A DNA stretch of 64,000 nucleotides from positions 186,001 to 250,000 of the forward strand of contig CATNEN010000024.1 in the NCBI GenBank assembly GCA_950097015.1, read 5' to 3'. The notes below the pieces were generated by a model, which saw only the letters and a program-made list of their open reading frames with translations, was not told the DNA's origin and did no database searches. This stretch comes from Macrostomum hystrix. Taxonomy: Eukaryota > Animalia > Platyhelminthes. A program made the position numbers and the translations under genes. Positions 1-12,584 of the stretch are shown one piece after another. Numbering within the stretch: the first letter of the stretch is position 1; each line of letters opens with the position of its first letter.

Positions 1-3000
1 TGTCTTTGATGGGATAATGGGAAGATTTGAGTGTCTTTGATGGGATAATGGGAAGATTGGAGTGTCTCTGATGGGATAATGGGAAGAGTGGAGTGTCTCT
101 GATGGGATAATGGGAAGAGTGGAGTGTCTCTGATGGGATAATGGGAAGATTGGAGTGTCTCTGATGGGATAATGGGAAGAGTAGAGTGTCTCTGATGGGA
201 TAATGGGAAGATTGGAGTGTCTCTGATGGGATAATGGGAAGATCAGGCTGTCTCTGATGGGATAATGGGAAGAGTGGAGTGTCTCTGATGGGATAATGGG
301 AAGAGTGGAGTGTCTCTGATGGGATGATGGGAAGAGTGGAGTGTCTCTGATGGGACGATGGGAAGATTGGAGTGTCTCTGATGGGATAATGGAAAGATTG
401 GAGTGTCTCTGATGGGATAATGGGAAGAGTGGAGTGTCTCTGATGGGAAAATGGGAAGATTGGAGTGTCTCTGATAGGATAATGGGAAGATTGAAGTGTC
501 TCTGATGGATGATGGGAAGATTGGAGTGTCTCTGATGGGATAATGGGAAGATTGGAGTGTCTCTGATGGGATAATGGGAAGATTGGAGTGTCTCTGATGG
601 GATGATGGGAAGATTGGAGTGTCTCTGATGGGATAATGGAAGATTGGAGTGTCTCTGATGGGATGATGGGAAGATTGGAGTGTCTCTGATGGGATGATGG
701 GAAGAGTGGAGTGTCTCTGATGGGACGATGGGAAGATTGGAGTGTCTCTGATGGGATAATGGAAAGATTGGAGTGTCTCTGATGGGATAACGGGAAGAGT
801 GGAGTGTCTCTGATGGGATGATGGGAAGATTGGAGTGTCTCTGATGGGATAACGGAAGAGTTGGAGTGTCTCTGATGGGATAATGGGAAGATTGGAGTGT
901 CTCTGATGGGATGATGGGAAGATTGGAGTGTCTCTGATGGGATAATGGGAAGATTGGAGTGTCTCTGATGGGATGATGGGAAGATTGGAGTGTCTCTGAT
1001 GGGATAATGGAAGATTGGAGTGTCTCTGATGGGATGATGGGAAGAGTGGAGTGTCTCTGATGGGACGATGGGAAGATTGGAGTGTCTCTGATGGGATGAT
1101 GGGAAGATTGGAGTGTCCTCTGATGGGATAATGGGAAGAGTGGAGTGTCTCTGATGGGATAATGGGAAGATTGGAGTGTCTCTGATGGGATGATGGAAGA
1201 TTGGAGTGTCTCTGATGGGATAATGGGAAGAGTGGAGTGTCTCTGATGGGATAATGGGAAGAGTGGAGTGTCTCTGATGGGAAAATGGGAAGAGTGGAGT
1301 GTCTCTGATGGGATGATGGGAAGAGTGGAGTGTCTCTGATGGGATGATGGGAAGATTTGAGTGTCTTTGATGGGATAATGGGAAGATTTGAGTGTCTTTG
1401 ATGGGATAATGGGAAGATTGGAGTGTCTCTGATGGGATAATGGGAAGAGTGGAGTGTCTCTGATGGGATGATGGGAAGATTTGAGTGTCTTTGATGGGAT
1501 AATGGGAAGATTGGAGTGTCTTTGATGGGATAATGGGAAGAGTGGAGTGTCTCTGATGGGATAATGGGAAGAGTGGAGTGTCTCTGATGGGATAATGGGA
1601 AGATTGGAGTGTCTCTGATGGGATGATGGAAGATTGGAGTGTCTCTGATGGGATAATGGGAAGAGTGGAGTGTCTCTGATGGGATAATGGGAAGAGTGGA
1701 GTGTCTCTGATGGGAAAATGGAAGAGTGGAGTGTCTCTGATGGGATAATGGGAAGAGTGGAGTGTCTCTGATGGGATGATGGGAAGATTTGAGTGTCCTT
1801 TGATGGGATAATGGGAAGATTTGAGTGTCTTTGATGGGATAATGGGAAGATTGGAGTGTCTCTGATGGGATAATGGGAAGAGTGGAGTGTCTCTGATGGG
1901 ATAATGGAAGAGTGGAGTGTCTCTGATGGGATAATGGGAAGATTGGAGTGTCTTTGATGGGATGATGGGAAGATTGGAGTGTCTCTGATGGGATGATGGA
2001 AGAGTGGAGTGTCTCTGATGGGACGATGGGAAGATTGGAGTGTCTCTGATGGGATAATGGAAAGATTGGAGTGTCTCTGATGGGATAACGGGAAGAGTGG
2101 AGTGTCTCTGATGGGATGATGGGAAGATTGGAGTGTCTCTGATGGGATAACGGGAAGAGTGGAGTGTCTCTGATGGGATAATGGGAAGATTGGAGTGTCT
2201 CTGATGGGATGATGGGAAGATTGGAGTGTCTCTGATGGGATAATGGGAAGATTGGAGTGTCTCTGATGGGATGATGGGAAGATTGGAGTGTCTCTGATGG
2301 GATAATGGAAGATTGGAGTGTCTCTGATGGGATGATGGGAAGAGTGGAGTGTCTCTGATGGGACGATGGGAAGATTGGAGTGTCTCTGATGGGATGATGG
2401 GAGATTGGAGTGTCTCTGATGGGATAATGGGAAGAGTGGAGTGTCTCTGATGGGATAATGGGAAGATTGGAGTGTCTCTGATGGGATGATGGAAGATTGG
2501 AGTGTCTCTGATGGGATAATGGGAAGAGTGGAGTGTCTCTGATGGGATAATGGGAAGAGTGGAGTGTCTCTGATGGGATGATGGGAAAGATTTGAGTGTC
2601 TTTGATGGGATAATGGGAAGATTGGAGTGTCTTTGATGGGATGATGGAAGATTGGAGTGTCTCTGATGGGATAATGGGAGGATCAGACTGTCTCTGATGG
2701 GATGATGGGGAGATTGGAGTGTCTCTGATGGGATAATGGGAAGATTGGAGTGTCTCTGATGGGATAATGGGAAGAGTGGAGTGTCTCTGATGGGATAATG
2801 GGAAGAGTGGAGTGTCTCTGATGGGATAATGGGAAGATTGGAGTGTCTCTGATGGGATGATGGGAAGATTGGAGTGTCTCTGATGGGATAATGGGAAGAG
2901 TGGAGTGTCTCTGATGGGATGATGGGAAGATTGGAGTGTCTTTGATGGGATGATGGAAGATTGGAGTGTCTCTGATGGGATAATGGGAGGATCAGACTGT

Positions 3001-3318
3001 CTCTGATGGGATGATGGGGAGATTGGAGTGTCTCTGATGGGATAATGGGAAGATTGGAGTGTCTCTGATGGGATAATGGGAAGAGTGGAGTGTCTCTGAT
3101 GGGATAATGGGAAGAGTGGAGTGTCTCTGATGGGATAATGGGAAGATTGGAGTGTCTCTGATGGGATGATGGGAAGATTGGAGTGTCTCTGATGGGATAA
3201 TGGGAAGAGTGGAGTGTCTCTGATGGGATGATGGGAAGATTGGAGTGTCTCTGATGGGATAATGGGAAGAGTAGAGTGTCTCTGATGGGATAATGGGAAG
3301 ACCAGACGGTCTCTGATG
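1..3318 (+). repeat. 31-bp minisatellite array (TGATGGGATAATGGGAAGATTGGAGTGTCTC)n, runs off window start
   Basis: Unit read directly; variants include AGAGTGG/AGATTGG and GATAATG/GATGATG. A ~310-bp block recurs (GGATCAGACTGTC near 2680 and 2990), suggesting higher-order structure. Confidence 0.97.
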
Positions 3319-3327
3319 TGGCTTCTC

Positions 3328-3535
3328 GTGCAATTCACGCCACAGAGTGCAAACCTCCAAGGCACAGTGAAAGTGCGCACTGCCTGACGATAGTCAGGGC
3401 AGATGTATACACCTGTGTGAGTGTGTGCTCAGGAGTCAGCGAAATGGGCAGAATTGCCTCCTCGATGGCTGCGGGTCTAGTGTCAGCAAATAATGTGCCA
3501 TTGCCCGCAGCCCTGCTAGGAATAATCATAAATTA
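3328..3535. repeat. Unclassified dispersed repeat, copy 1 (homolog at ~30850-31030)
   Basis: Shares AACCTCCAAGGCACAGTGA, AGTCAGGGC.GATGTA.ACACCTGTGTG, TGTGTGCTCAGGAGTCAG and ATGTGCCATTGCCC.CAGCCCT with 30850-31030, same orientation, both followed by an AT-rich tail. Confidence 0.8.
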
Positions 3536-4759
3536 TATTTAGTATTCATTTACAAATTAATTTGCTATCCCTCTACAGCTCTTATATTTACATAGCATCT
3601 TCTTGAGTTGCAACTGTACGAGCTAAGCCTTAAAAGTGTTTTTATTGTCGGACTCATAAAAAACTGGAGCAAACATCAAACACTGCCGGCTGAGACGCCC
3701 GGAACATCTGGCTATAGAGGAGAAAGTTTTGGGGATTTGACTGTGATCCAGGCTCGACTCACTATGGGGAGGAGGGGTGTAGTCGGCAATCGGTGAGGCG
3801 TTATGGACAGACTCGAAAGGGATAAAAATCCTCTCAGACTGGCGAGTGGGATGTGAAATATGGCTGGTTTATGATCCCGCTAGACTCATATCCTGCCCCA
3901 CTTCCCCGGCCTTTCTTAAGGGTTATGACACAAGGAAGAAAGTGAGCAGCCTGAGCATTAGGGAGAGTCTGTTGATCCATCTTCCCGGGATTGCATGAGC
4001 AGAAAAATTCGCAGCCTGGGCTTCAATTTCCTAGCTCAATCTGGTACAGGCAAAGGGTGCTGCTTGGAGATCGTTGCTAATGTAATCACTGCCTGTGCGC
4101 TGCGGGGGAAAATCCGGAAAACATTTTCTCCCCAATATTGCCAAGGGGATATTGGTTAGCCATATAGGCTGGCAAATGTAGCAAAGTGTCAAATTCTTAC
4201 AGGCCATGCACGCGCAGCTTCCCCATGGCAAACGATAAATGGTTCAAGAATTTTGGCAAGCAGAAAAAATCGAAATTGCGACGCAACTTGAATGTGGAAT
4301 TTTTTTCAGAAACGAAGCATGGACTGTTTGCCCTGGATTCCAGGAATCCGCGTGAAATCGGCTATCTATATGCAGGTCTTTGTCCAAAAGCATATTGTAT
4401 ATGCATATATAGGTGTGTTTGTTATCCCGGTATTGTGGGATATTTTGCATGTTGGCACAGCGGGCGGTTGTCAGAGTTCAACTTGGCCTAAATAGCAATG
4501 CTAGAGTGATAAAAAATGCATCGAATGCTAATTTATGGAGACACACTCACATCAACCATCAAGGAGGTCAGGTCAATAGTGCGAAACAAAGACCTAGGTG
4601 ACAGACGGACGTTTAAACTTTCGATTCCATGCAGAATTTTTTATAATTTCAGAAGACAAACAGAACCATTGTTTTGCTGCCTGCGCACAATGAGCTAGGG
4701 TTAAGGTTAAGGAAAACTATAGACTTAAAAGTGACACTGCACAAAAATCACCCCAAATT

Positions 4760-5767
4760 CTCCCATTATCCCATCAGAGACAGTCCACTCTTCCCATTAT
4801 CCCATCAGAGACACTCCAATCTTCCCATTATCCCATCAGAGACACTCCAATCTTCCCATTATCCCATCAGAGACACTCCAATCTTCCCATTATCCCATCA
4901 GAGACACTCCAATCTTCCCATTATCCCATCAGAGACACTCCATTCTTCCCATAATCCCATCAGAGACACTCCAATCTTCCCATTATCCCATCAGAGACAC
5001 TCCAATCTTCCCATCATCCCATCAGAGACACTCCAATCTTCCCATCATCCCATCAGAGACACTCCATTCTTCCCAACATCCCATCAGAGACACTCCAATC
5101 TTCCCATCATCACATCAGAGACACTCCAATCTTCCCATTATCCCATCAGAGACACTCCATTCTTCCCATCATCCCATCAGAGACACTCCATTCTTCCCAT
5201 CATCCCATCAGAGACACTCCAATCTTCCCATTATCCCATCAGAGACACTCCAATCTTCCCATTATCCCCTATGAGACACTCCAATCTTCCCATCATCCCA
5301 TCAGAGACACTCCACTCTTCCCATCATCCCATCAGAGACACTCCATTCTTCCCATCATCCCATCAGAGACACTCCAATCTTCCCATTATCCCATCAGAGA
5401 CACTCCAATCTTCCCATCATCCCATCAGAGACACTCCATTCTTCCCATCATCCCATCAGAGGACACTCCAATCTTCCCATTATCCCATCAGAGACACTCC
5501 AATCTTCCCATTATCCCATCAGAGACACTCCACTCTTCCCATCATCCCATCAGAGACACTCCAATCTTCCCATTATCCCATCAGAGACACTCCAATCTTC
5601 CCATTATCCCATCAGAGACACTCCATTCTTCCCATCATCCCATCAGAGACACTCCAATCTTCCCATTATCCCATCAGAGACACTCCAATCTTCCCATTAT
5701 CCCATCAGAGACACTCTACTCTTCCCATTATCCCATCAGAGACAGTCTGGTCTTCCCATTATCCCAT
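4760..5767 (-). repeat. Same 31-bp minisatellite in inverted orientation
   Basis: Unit (CCCATTATCCCATCAGAGACACTCCAATCTT)n is the reverse complement of the 1-3318 unit. Confidence 0.96.
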
Positions 5768-6599
5768 TGGGAAGACACAGAGGTGCATCGACCAAAGGTA
5801 ATTTTCATTTCTTATCGAAAGAATATACAATTAAAGAAGTGAAAGCAGAGCTTAGGAAAAAAGAGTTATCAAGAATGAAATCTGAAAGAGGAAAATAGTT
5901 GCTACAAAAATCCTTCAATGGCATGTCCAAATTATGGGTCAGTAGTTAGGAATATTCTGATTTCATTATTCTCTACTTGCCAAGAAAGAGCTATTTCCGC
6001 TTGTCGGAAATGGCATGTTATATTAACACGCCTATACTCAGGTGTTAACTAAATTGAAGGATTTTATATTGGTATTCCTTCAAAAATAATTCTGGAGAAT
6101 GATTGAGTCAATCAAAAATGGTTGAAACCTCATTGCGTAAAACACGGGTCTGAAAATAAAGTTTTCAAATGCCTACACTCAAACTGTAACTATGATTGAA
6201 CACCCTATTATAGAATGCTGATGCATATACAGATAGAAATTTCATCTAGCTCAGTTGTTCTCATTCGAAGGCGGTGTACAGCTTTTCAGTCCATGGACAG
6301 GACAAGACCGTTCCCATTCTACAGTTCCGTAAATTAATCCTAATTTAGTCACTAAGAAGACTTCACTCTGCATGTTACTTTTGGGATATCCGATCTGCTT
6401 AATCCATGCACATTGTGTTCAGAGGATGCTAGAGATTGTCCGTTGTCATTATTACAAACCATTTTCCCTTAAAAAATATCATTTACACTTAAGTTTTGTA
6501 TTTTCTAAGCATTTTTTTGTATTATAGGAAACTACAAGTATTATATTAGCAGTAACTTCTGAATAACAATAAAGATTTTGTTTTTGTCATTTATTATCG

Positions 6600-7030
6600 A
6601 CAGTGGTCATTTCTGATAAAAAACGGTCATTGCTCATCGACATTGCTCACTACCCATTGATACAGGTAATTACTCATCGATACAGGTCATTACTCATCGA
6701 TAATGGTCATTGTTCATCGATAATGGTCATTGTTTATCGATACTGGTCATTGTTTATCGATAATGGTCATTGTTCATCGATAATGGTCATTGCTTATCGA
6801 TAATGGTCATTGTTCATCGATAATGGTCATTGTTTCATCGATACTGGTCATTGTTAATCGATAATGGTCATTGTTCATCGAGACTGGTCATTGTTTATCG
6901 ATAATGGTCATTGTTCATCGAGACTGGTCATTGTTTATCGATAATGGTCATTGTTTATCGATAATGGTCATTGTTCATCGATACTGGTCATTGTTTATCG
7001 ACAATGGTCATTGTTTATCGATAATGGTCA
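6600..7030. repeat. 20-bp minisatellite (ATCGATAATGGTCATTGTTY)n
   Basis: Roughly 20 copies read directly. Confidence 0.93.
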
Positions 7031-7992
7031 TTTCGCGTCGGTACTGGAGATTTCATACGGTGATTTCCCCTTTCTTCCCCATATATTTCCCCTTATTCCT
7101 TCGGTTTCGCGAAAACTGAAAAAGGACAGCAAAGTAAATCAGGCCGCTTTTATCCGCTTCTCATCTTTCTACTCTCCGGTTGTCCTCAGCTGCTCCCCCT
7201 GACACGCCGGCCAGTTTTCACGCGGTTGTTTATTAACTTTTTTTTCTACAGCTGGCCAGAGTCAAGAGGCGGAGCGAGGATGGGGATGAAACGAAGAGTG
7301 GCTGCCCGCTCACCGCATCCCATAAATCACAATGAGCTGGCTGCTTAGTCGCTTCCCACACGGGGCGAAACTGAGGGGGGGGCCACAGCAACGGTAACAG
7401 CAGCAGCAGCTGAAATCCCCTTTGCCGATTTCCTCTTTTCTCCCTCGGGCACACCGATAGGGATGGGGATGGGGAAACGAATCAGAATCAGATTTTCTAT
7501 CTCCCCAGTCTCTGATTGATGGCAAGCCGCCGCCGTTGCGAGGGTCCTTGGGAGCACCTGGCGGCGAGGAGGGATAATCCTCACCTTCCATTCTCCTCCC
7601 CTCCAATCAGTCGGGCGGAATCAAACAGGGAGATCCAGGGGCATATAAAGCAGACTCGGGGATCTTAAGGTGAAGTGGGGACTGATTGATGCCGAGTTGA
7701 GCAGTCAAATCGCATGTTTTACAGATTTAGTCAACCGGTGGACGAGAAGTTTTGTTATTGGTTGATTTGCTTCCAGCAAACAAAGACTTTTGAGCACCTG
7801 GGCGCTTCAGTCAGGCGAGACAACACCATTCAAGTTGTGAGTTCGGTGACACAAGAGCCAGGTTTGACACTGATTGGCTGGGAATCAAACATCGGAAATA
7901 ATTGATCAATCTTTGAGCACCATATATTTATGCGGTAAAGAAAGATAGTGTTCAAAAACTAGCTTCGAACGAACAATCAGTGAGGTCACCAT

Positions 7993-10900
7993 TCACGAGT
8001 AGATTTGGTTGAAGAACTCAAGCAGGAAGTCGTCAACGAGTTCCTTCGCCGGCACCCGCGCCACCATGCCGTAGACAGCGGCCATGCCCTTCGGCTTGAT
8101 GCTCTCCGACTGCGGTTTTTTGTTCATTTGTTTTTGGTGAGTAAAATATAACAAAATCCCAATCTTGCTACTTAAACCAGTAGTGACAATAGCGGACATG
8201 TCTCACTAGTATTCTTTCGATGCAGGCGCGGATGTCAGACACAAAATCGTCCCGTCTGGCCAGGTGCTGCGGCAGCACGGTGACGTGCAGACAGTCAGGG
8301 TTCGATTCCCGCTCCATCTTCCAGCCTGCGACGTGAAAATATTGAGGATTAGATTGACATTCTGAGTATTTAAGAAAGAATCGAGATCGTATCAGAATCC
8401 CAAATTTCAAATAACAAATCCCAAAAATGCCAAAATGCCAAATTCTAAATCCCAAATCCGAAATCTCAAATCCCAAATCCCAAATTTCAAATCCAAAATC
8501 ACAACATCCCCAATCCCACTCACCCTTCTCCTCCATTAGGTCGGCCAGTACGAAAACGCTCAGCGCGGGATTGCTTGAAGCGATAGCGAAGCAGGTCATG
8601 TGCGGCGAGCCAATAATCTTTAGCGACTAGAAGAAAGAAAATATGTTTTTTTAAATGAACGCAAATATCTACTTTCAGTAGTGCAAATGGCAAAAGTAAT
8701 TCGTTGCCCTTAGCTTACCCCAGTGGCTCGTATTTCTCCAGTCCAGAATTTAGTGAGCTCCATGAGGTCGCCGGCCACGCGTAGGAAGCCCTCCTGGCCC
8801 ATTGTGCGCAGCGTCACCCAGGCGGTGGCCAGGTAGCCGCCAGGCCGGGTGCCCGCCATGGTCGGCGAGCCGAACAAGCCGCCAGGCCAGCCAGAGTAGG
8901 CGAACAGCTGGTGCTTGCGGAGCTCCGCGCTGCGGTACACGATCACGCTGGCTCCCTGGGGATTTAGATTTTGATTGGAAGCCTTTAGTTAGGGATTATT
9001 TAGGGATTCTATTCTATTTAGGGATATATCTGAAAATTTATTATTGAAAAAAGTTCCAGTTATGGAAATTACTTGATGGGAAGTTTTAAGAGTGGAAGTT
9101 TCCAGAGGGGAAGTTTCCAGAGGGGAAGTTTCCAGAGGGGAAGTTTCCAGAGGGGAAGTTTCCAGAGGGGAAGTTTCCAGAGGGGAAGTTTCCAGAGGGG
9201 ATGTTTCCAGAGGGGAAGTTTCCAGAGGGGAAGTTTCCAGAGGGGAAGTTTCCAAAGAGAAAGTTTCCAGAGGGGAAGTTTCCAGAGGGGAAGTTTCCAG
9301 AGGGGAAGTTTCCAGAGGGGAAGTTTCCAGAGGGGAAGTTTCCAGAGGGGATGTTTCCAGAGGGGAAGTTTCCAGAGGGAAAGTTATGCTTGTTTTAATC
9401 AGGGAGCTTCCTTACCATGAAAAAATATAGTTTAATAGGGAATGATTTTTTCCCTTGTCTTGATAAAACTTTTTTCTCATTCAGAGGGGTTGCAGCCTAG
9501 TGCTTTCACATGGTAGCGAACCCACGACTTGAAAGTCGGGGGTTCGATCCCCGACTACACAAGAACAAGTTGTGTGTCCTTTATGAAATCCTTGCTAAAA
9601 TGGGTACCTGCATCAGCTGGGTGTGGCGTCCCACAGTCCATGGACTGACCAGCCGTACACTGCCGTCAGATGCGCCGCGCAATTGCTATTTATTATATCT
9701 CGTATTATTATTTATTAGCTAGCAAAATTAAAATAGTTTAATATTATTATTCAAACCTTAGGCGCAAAGCCGTACTTGTGCAAATCGGCAGACACCGAAG
9801 TCACTTCTGGCACGCGAAAGTCAAACAACGGCACAGAGTAGCCCAGCTTCTCCACCCTGTCAAATTGGTAGTCAGTGAGTTTGATGGATTGTGTTCATTG
9901 GTCTGTCAAACAACCTCACTCCACGTCCTATCCATTTCCAGAGCTCTAATTGGCTATCAGCTCACTGTCCGATTAGCGCCTGCATAGGGTCAGGGCGCGA
10001 GGCTGGGGTTAATGTACACTAGGTGGATTGTACAAGCAAGCTTCCACTCAGCCAATCAAAGCGAGGCAGTAGAACGCTGGCCTCACCAGGGCAGCATGAA
10101 ACCGCCGAAGCAGGCGTCGACGTGCAGCGGCAGGCCGAACTCTCGGGCCACCGTGGCGTAGTCTTCCACCGGGTCAATAACGCCGTGGCAGTACTGCGGA
10201 GCTGACGCCACTAGGAGGACTGTGTCGGCTGTTACCGCGGCTCGCAGTGACGCTGCATCAGCAGTCTGACTGACAGGGTCAACAGGCACCAGGATCAGGT
10301 CCAGGCCGAAATAGTGGGCCGCCTTATTGATGGCCGGGTGCACCGTGACTGCGGCTACCTGTGCAATACAGAATCAGGGAGCGAGATCAATATATGTAGG
10401 ACATAGTAGGTATATAGGTGCAAAATATCAGATGACTCTAATGTGTGCATTACTAAAGCTTTTTATCTTGTAATGCACTAACCAATGAACCTCAGGCTCA
10501 GGTGCACCAGCTAATAAATCTTATGTATACACCAAGCTTTAAACCTCAGGTGATAAACCTACGATAAAAACATCAACATATCAAGATGGTGCAACATGTC
10601 AAGTGCATCAACATAAATTTCAACTTTACACCATCTTAAAGGCATCGTATGTTCACCAACTAAAATACATCAGGTATTCACAATCTAAAGAACGTCAGGT
10701 GTACACTTTCTAGAAACCATCATGTGTACACCATCTAAAAACCAACAGGTGTACGCTATCTAAAGAACGTCAGGTGTACACAATCTAAAGAACGTCAGGT
10801 GTACACACTTTAATGACCGTCAGGTGTACACTATCTAAAGAACGTCAGGTGTACACTTTCGATAAACCATCATGTGTACACTATCTAAAAACCATCAGGA

Positions 10901-12584
10901 GTACGCTATCTAAAGAACGTCAGGTGTACACACTTTAATGACCTTCAGGTGAACACAATCTAAAGAACGTCAGGTGAACATAATCTAAAGAACGTCAGGT
11001 GTACACTATCTAAAAACCATCAGGTGTACGCTATCTAAAAACCATCAGGTGTACACCAAGGACCACTAGGAATTACATATATAAGTTAAGTTGTCCTTGG
11101 TGTACACTATCTAAAAACCGTCAGGTGTACACTATCTAAAAACCGTCAGGTGTACACTATCTAAAAACCGTCAGGTGTACACTATCTAAAAACCGTCAGG
11201 TGTACACTATCTAAAAACCGTCAGGTGTACACTATCTAAAAACCGTCAGGTGTACACTATCTAAAAACCGTCAGGTGTACACTATCTAAAAACCGTCAGG
11301 TGTACACTATCTAAAAACCGTCAGGTGTACACTATCTAATCACGCGGTAGCGAATCCCAATAGAATCTCACAATATTGGGCTTGGCAGACCAGCCAGGTC
11401 TTCGCTCCCTGGCAAAATCTCTGTAGGTCTTCACTGCCATCAGGAGGCTCTCGGTTCCGCCCGAGGTGACATTGCCCCGCGCTCCAGTCCCGGCGTGCAG
11501 CATGCCGGCGGTCATCTGGACGAGTTCCACTTCGAAGCGGCGCAGCGCGGCAAACAGTGTCGGATTGAGGGCATTCTCATGCATGAATGCGCGCATGTAC
11601 TCGGCCACAACCTGGCGCTGATCGGCCGTCAGGCTGCCAGCCAGCTCGGCGGCGTCCTCGGACACGAAGTCCAACGCTGCGCGCTCCTGAGCGGCGGCCA
11701 GGGCTCGGCCGAGAACTTCGACAGCCTCGGAGTAGACGTAGGCGAACATTCGATCGGTTTTGTGAGTTCGCAGGGACTCCACCTGGGCCAGGAGCTGCTG
11801 GGGATCTTCGCCTGCGGTTTGTGCAATGATGCTACTATTTTTAGAAGTGAATTTGTGGGGAATCCCTTTTTAATCGACCAAGCACGTGACTTGACCATAG
11901 AAAATTTCTATTAGGTCGATTACCAAAAAAACGGTGTAAGTTGAGTGTACTTAAGGCATTTAGCAACCTTAATGTCTTAATGTTATCCCATTGATGTCTC
12001 AATGTTATCCCATTGATGTCTCAATGTTATCCCACTGATGTCTCAATGTTATCCCATTGATGTCTCAATGTTATCCCACTGATGTCTCAATGTTATCCCA
12101 TTGATGTCTCAATGTTATCCCACTGATGTCTCAATGTTATCCCATTGATGTCTCAATGTTATCCCACTGATGTCTCAATGTTATCCCATTGATGTCTCAA
12201 TGTTATCCCATTGATGTCTCAATGTTATCCCATTGATGTCTCAATGTTATCCCATTGATGTCTCAATGTTATCACCCCAGTCTCAGTGTTATCCCCTCAG
12301 TATTGATGACCCAGATGGGATTTGAATCCCTCACCTTTCTCTGGAATCTGCACCGGCTGCGGCCCGCCAGCCTTGATGCCGAGGTCCTCGGAGATGATGC
12401 GAGCCGCCTGTTGGCGAAGGCCTGCTGAAATGGCTCTGCGAAGCGCCGGCACCTTCCGCACACTGTCCAGGATGAATGCGATGGGACCGTCGTACCAGAC
12501 TCTGACAGCCGCCAGCAAGAACAGAACGGTGGCGACGGCCTTCACCGTCAGCTCGACCAGGGCAGCCAGCACAGCAAAGCTCAT
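7993..12584 (-). CDS. SGPL1: Sphingosine-1-phosphate lyase (PLP-dependent group II decarboxylase family), 8 coding exons, 545 aa
   Basis: Manually spliced, all GT-AG introns, phases consistent. Exons 12335-12584, 11372-11811, 10087-10358, 9757-9856, 8719-8955, 8524-8626, 8207-8325, 7993-8109 total 1638 nt. Motifs: N-terminal hydrophobic anchor, [48 protein letters not shown] (PLP lysine), [18 protein letters not shown]. Confidence 0.95.
8395..8515. repeat. Degenerate (AAATCCC)n microsatellite in SPL intron 6
   Basis: Visible 7-bp periodicity. Confidence 0.75.
9085..9385. repeat. 15-bp minisatellite (AGAGGGGAAGTTTCC)n in SPL intron 4
   Basis: About 20 near-perfect copies. Confidence 0.95.
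9483..9715 (+). mobile_element. tRNA-derived SINE in SPL intron 4
   Basis: tRNA-like head with B-box GGTTCGATCC (9541-9550); CACGACTTGAA.GTC.GGGGTTCGAT shared with 60680-60710 (minus); core AAATGGGTACC and AGTCCATGGACT recurring elsewhere; (ATT)-rich tail. Confidence 0.7.
10680..11340. repeat. 25-bp minisatellite (TCAGGTGTACACTATCTAAAAACCG)n in SPL intron 2
   Basis: Homogeneous copies 11100-11340, more degenerate copies 10680-11050. Confidence 0.93.
11057..11099. mobile_element. 43-bp miniature TIR element with 8-bp TSD (P-like or hAT-like)
   Basis: Left end CAAGGACCACT, right end AGTTGTCCTTG (reverse complement CAAGGACAACT); flanked by direct GTGTACAC at 11049-11056 and 11100-11107. Confidence 0.65.
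11985..12295. repeat. 22-bp minisatellite (TGTCTCAATGTTATCCCAYTGA)n in SPL intron 1
   Basis: About 13 copies. Confidence 0.95.

Noticed and set aside
4694-4712. TAGGGTTAAGGTTAAGG telomere-like tract
   Set aside because: Only three degenerate units; too short to support an interstitial telomere.
243-5801. 1045-aa and 375-aa ORFs, and likewise the long ORFs at 14.5-15.3, 22.2-23.6, 29.2-30.3, 39.9-41.7, 42.5-43.2, 47.3-49.4 and 57.2-58.5 kb
   Set aside because: Translations of tandem repeats that lack stops in some frames; periodic peptides that switch frame with unit indels.
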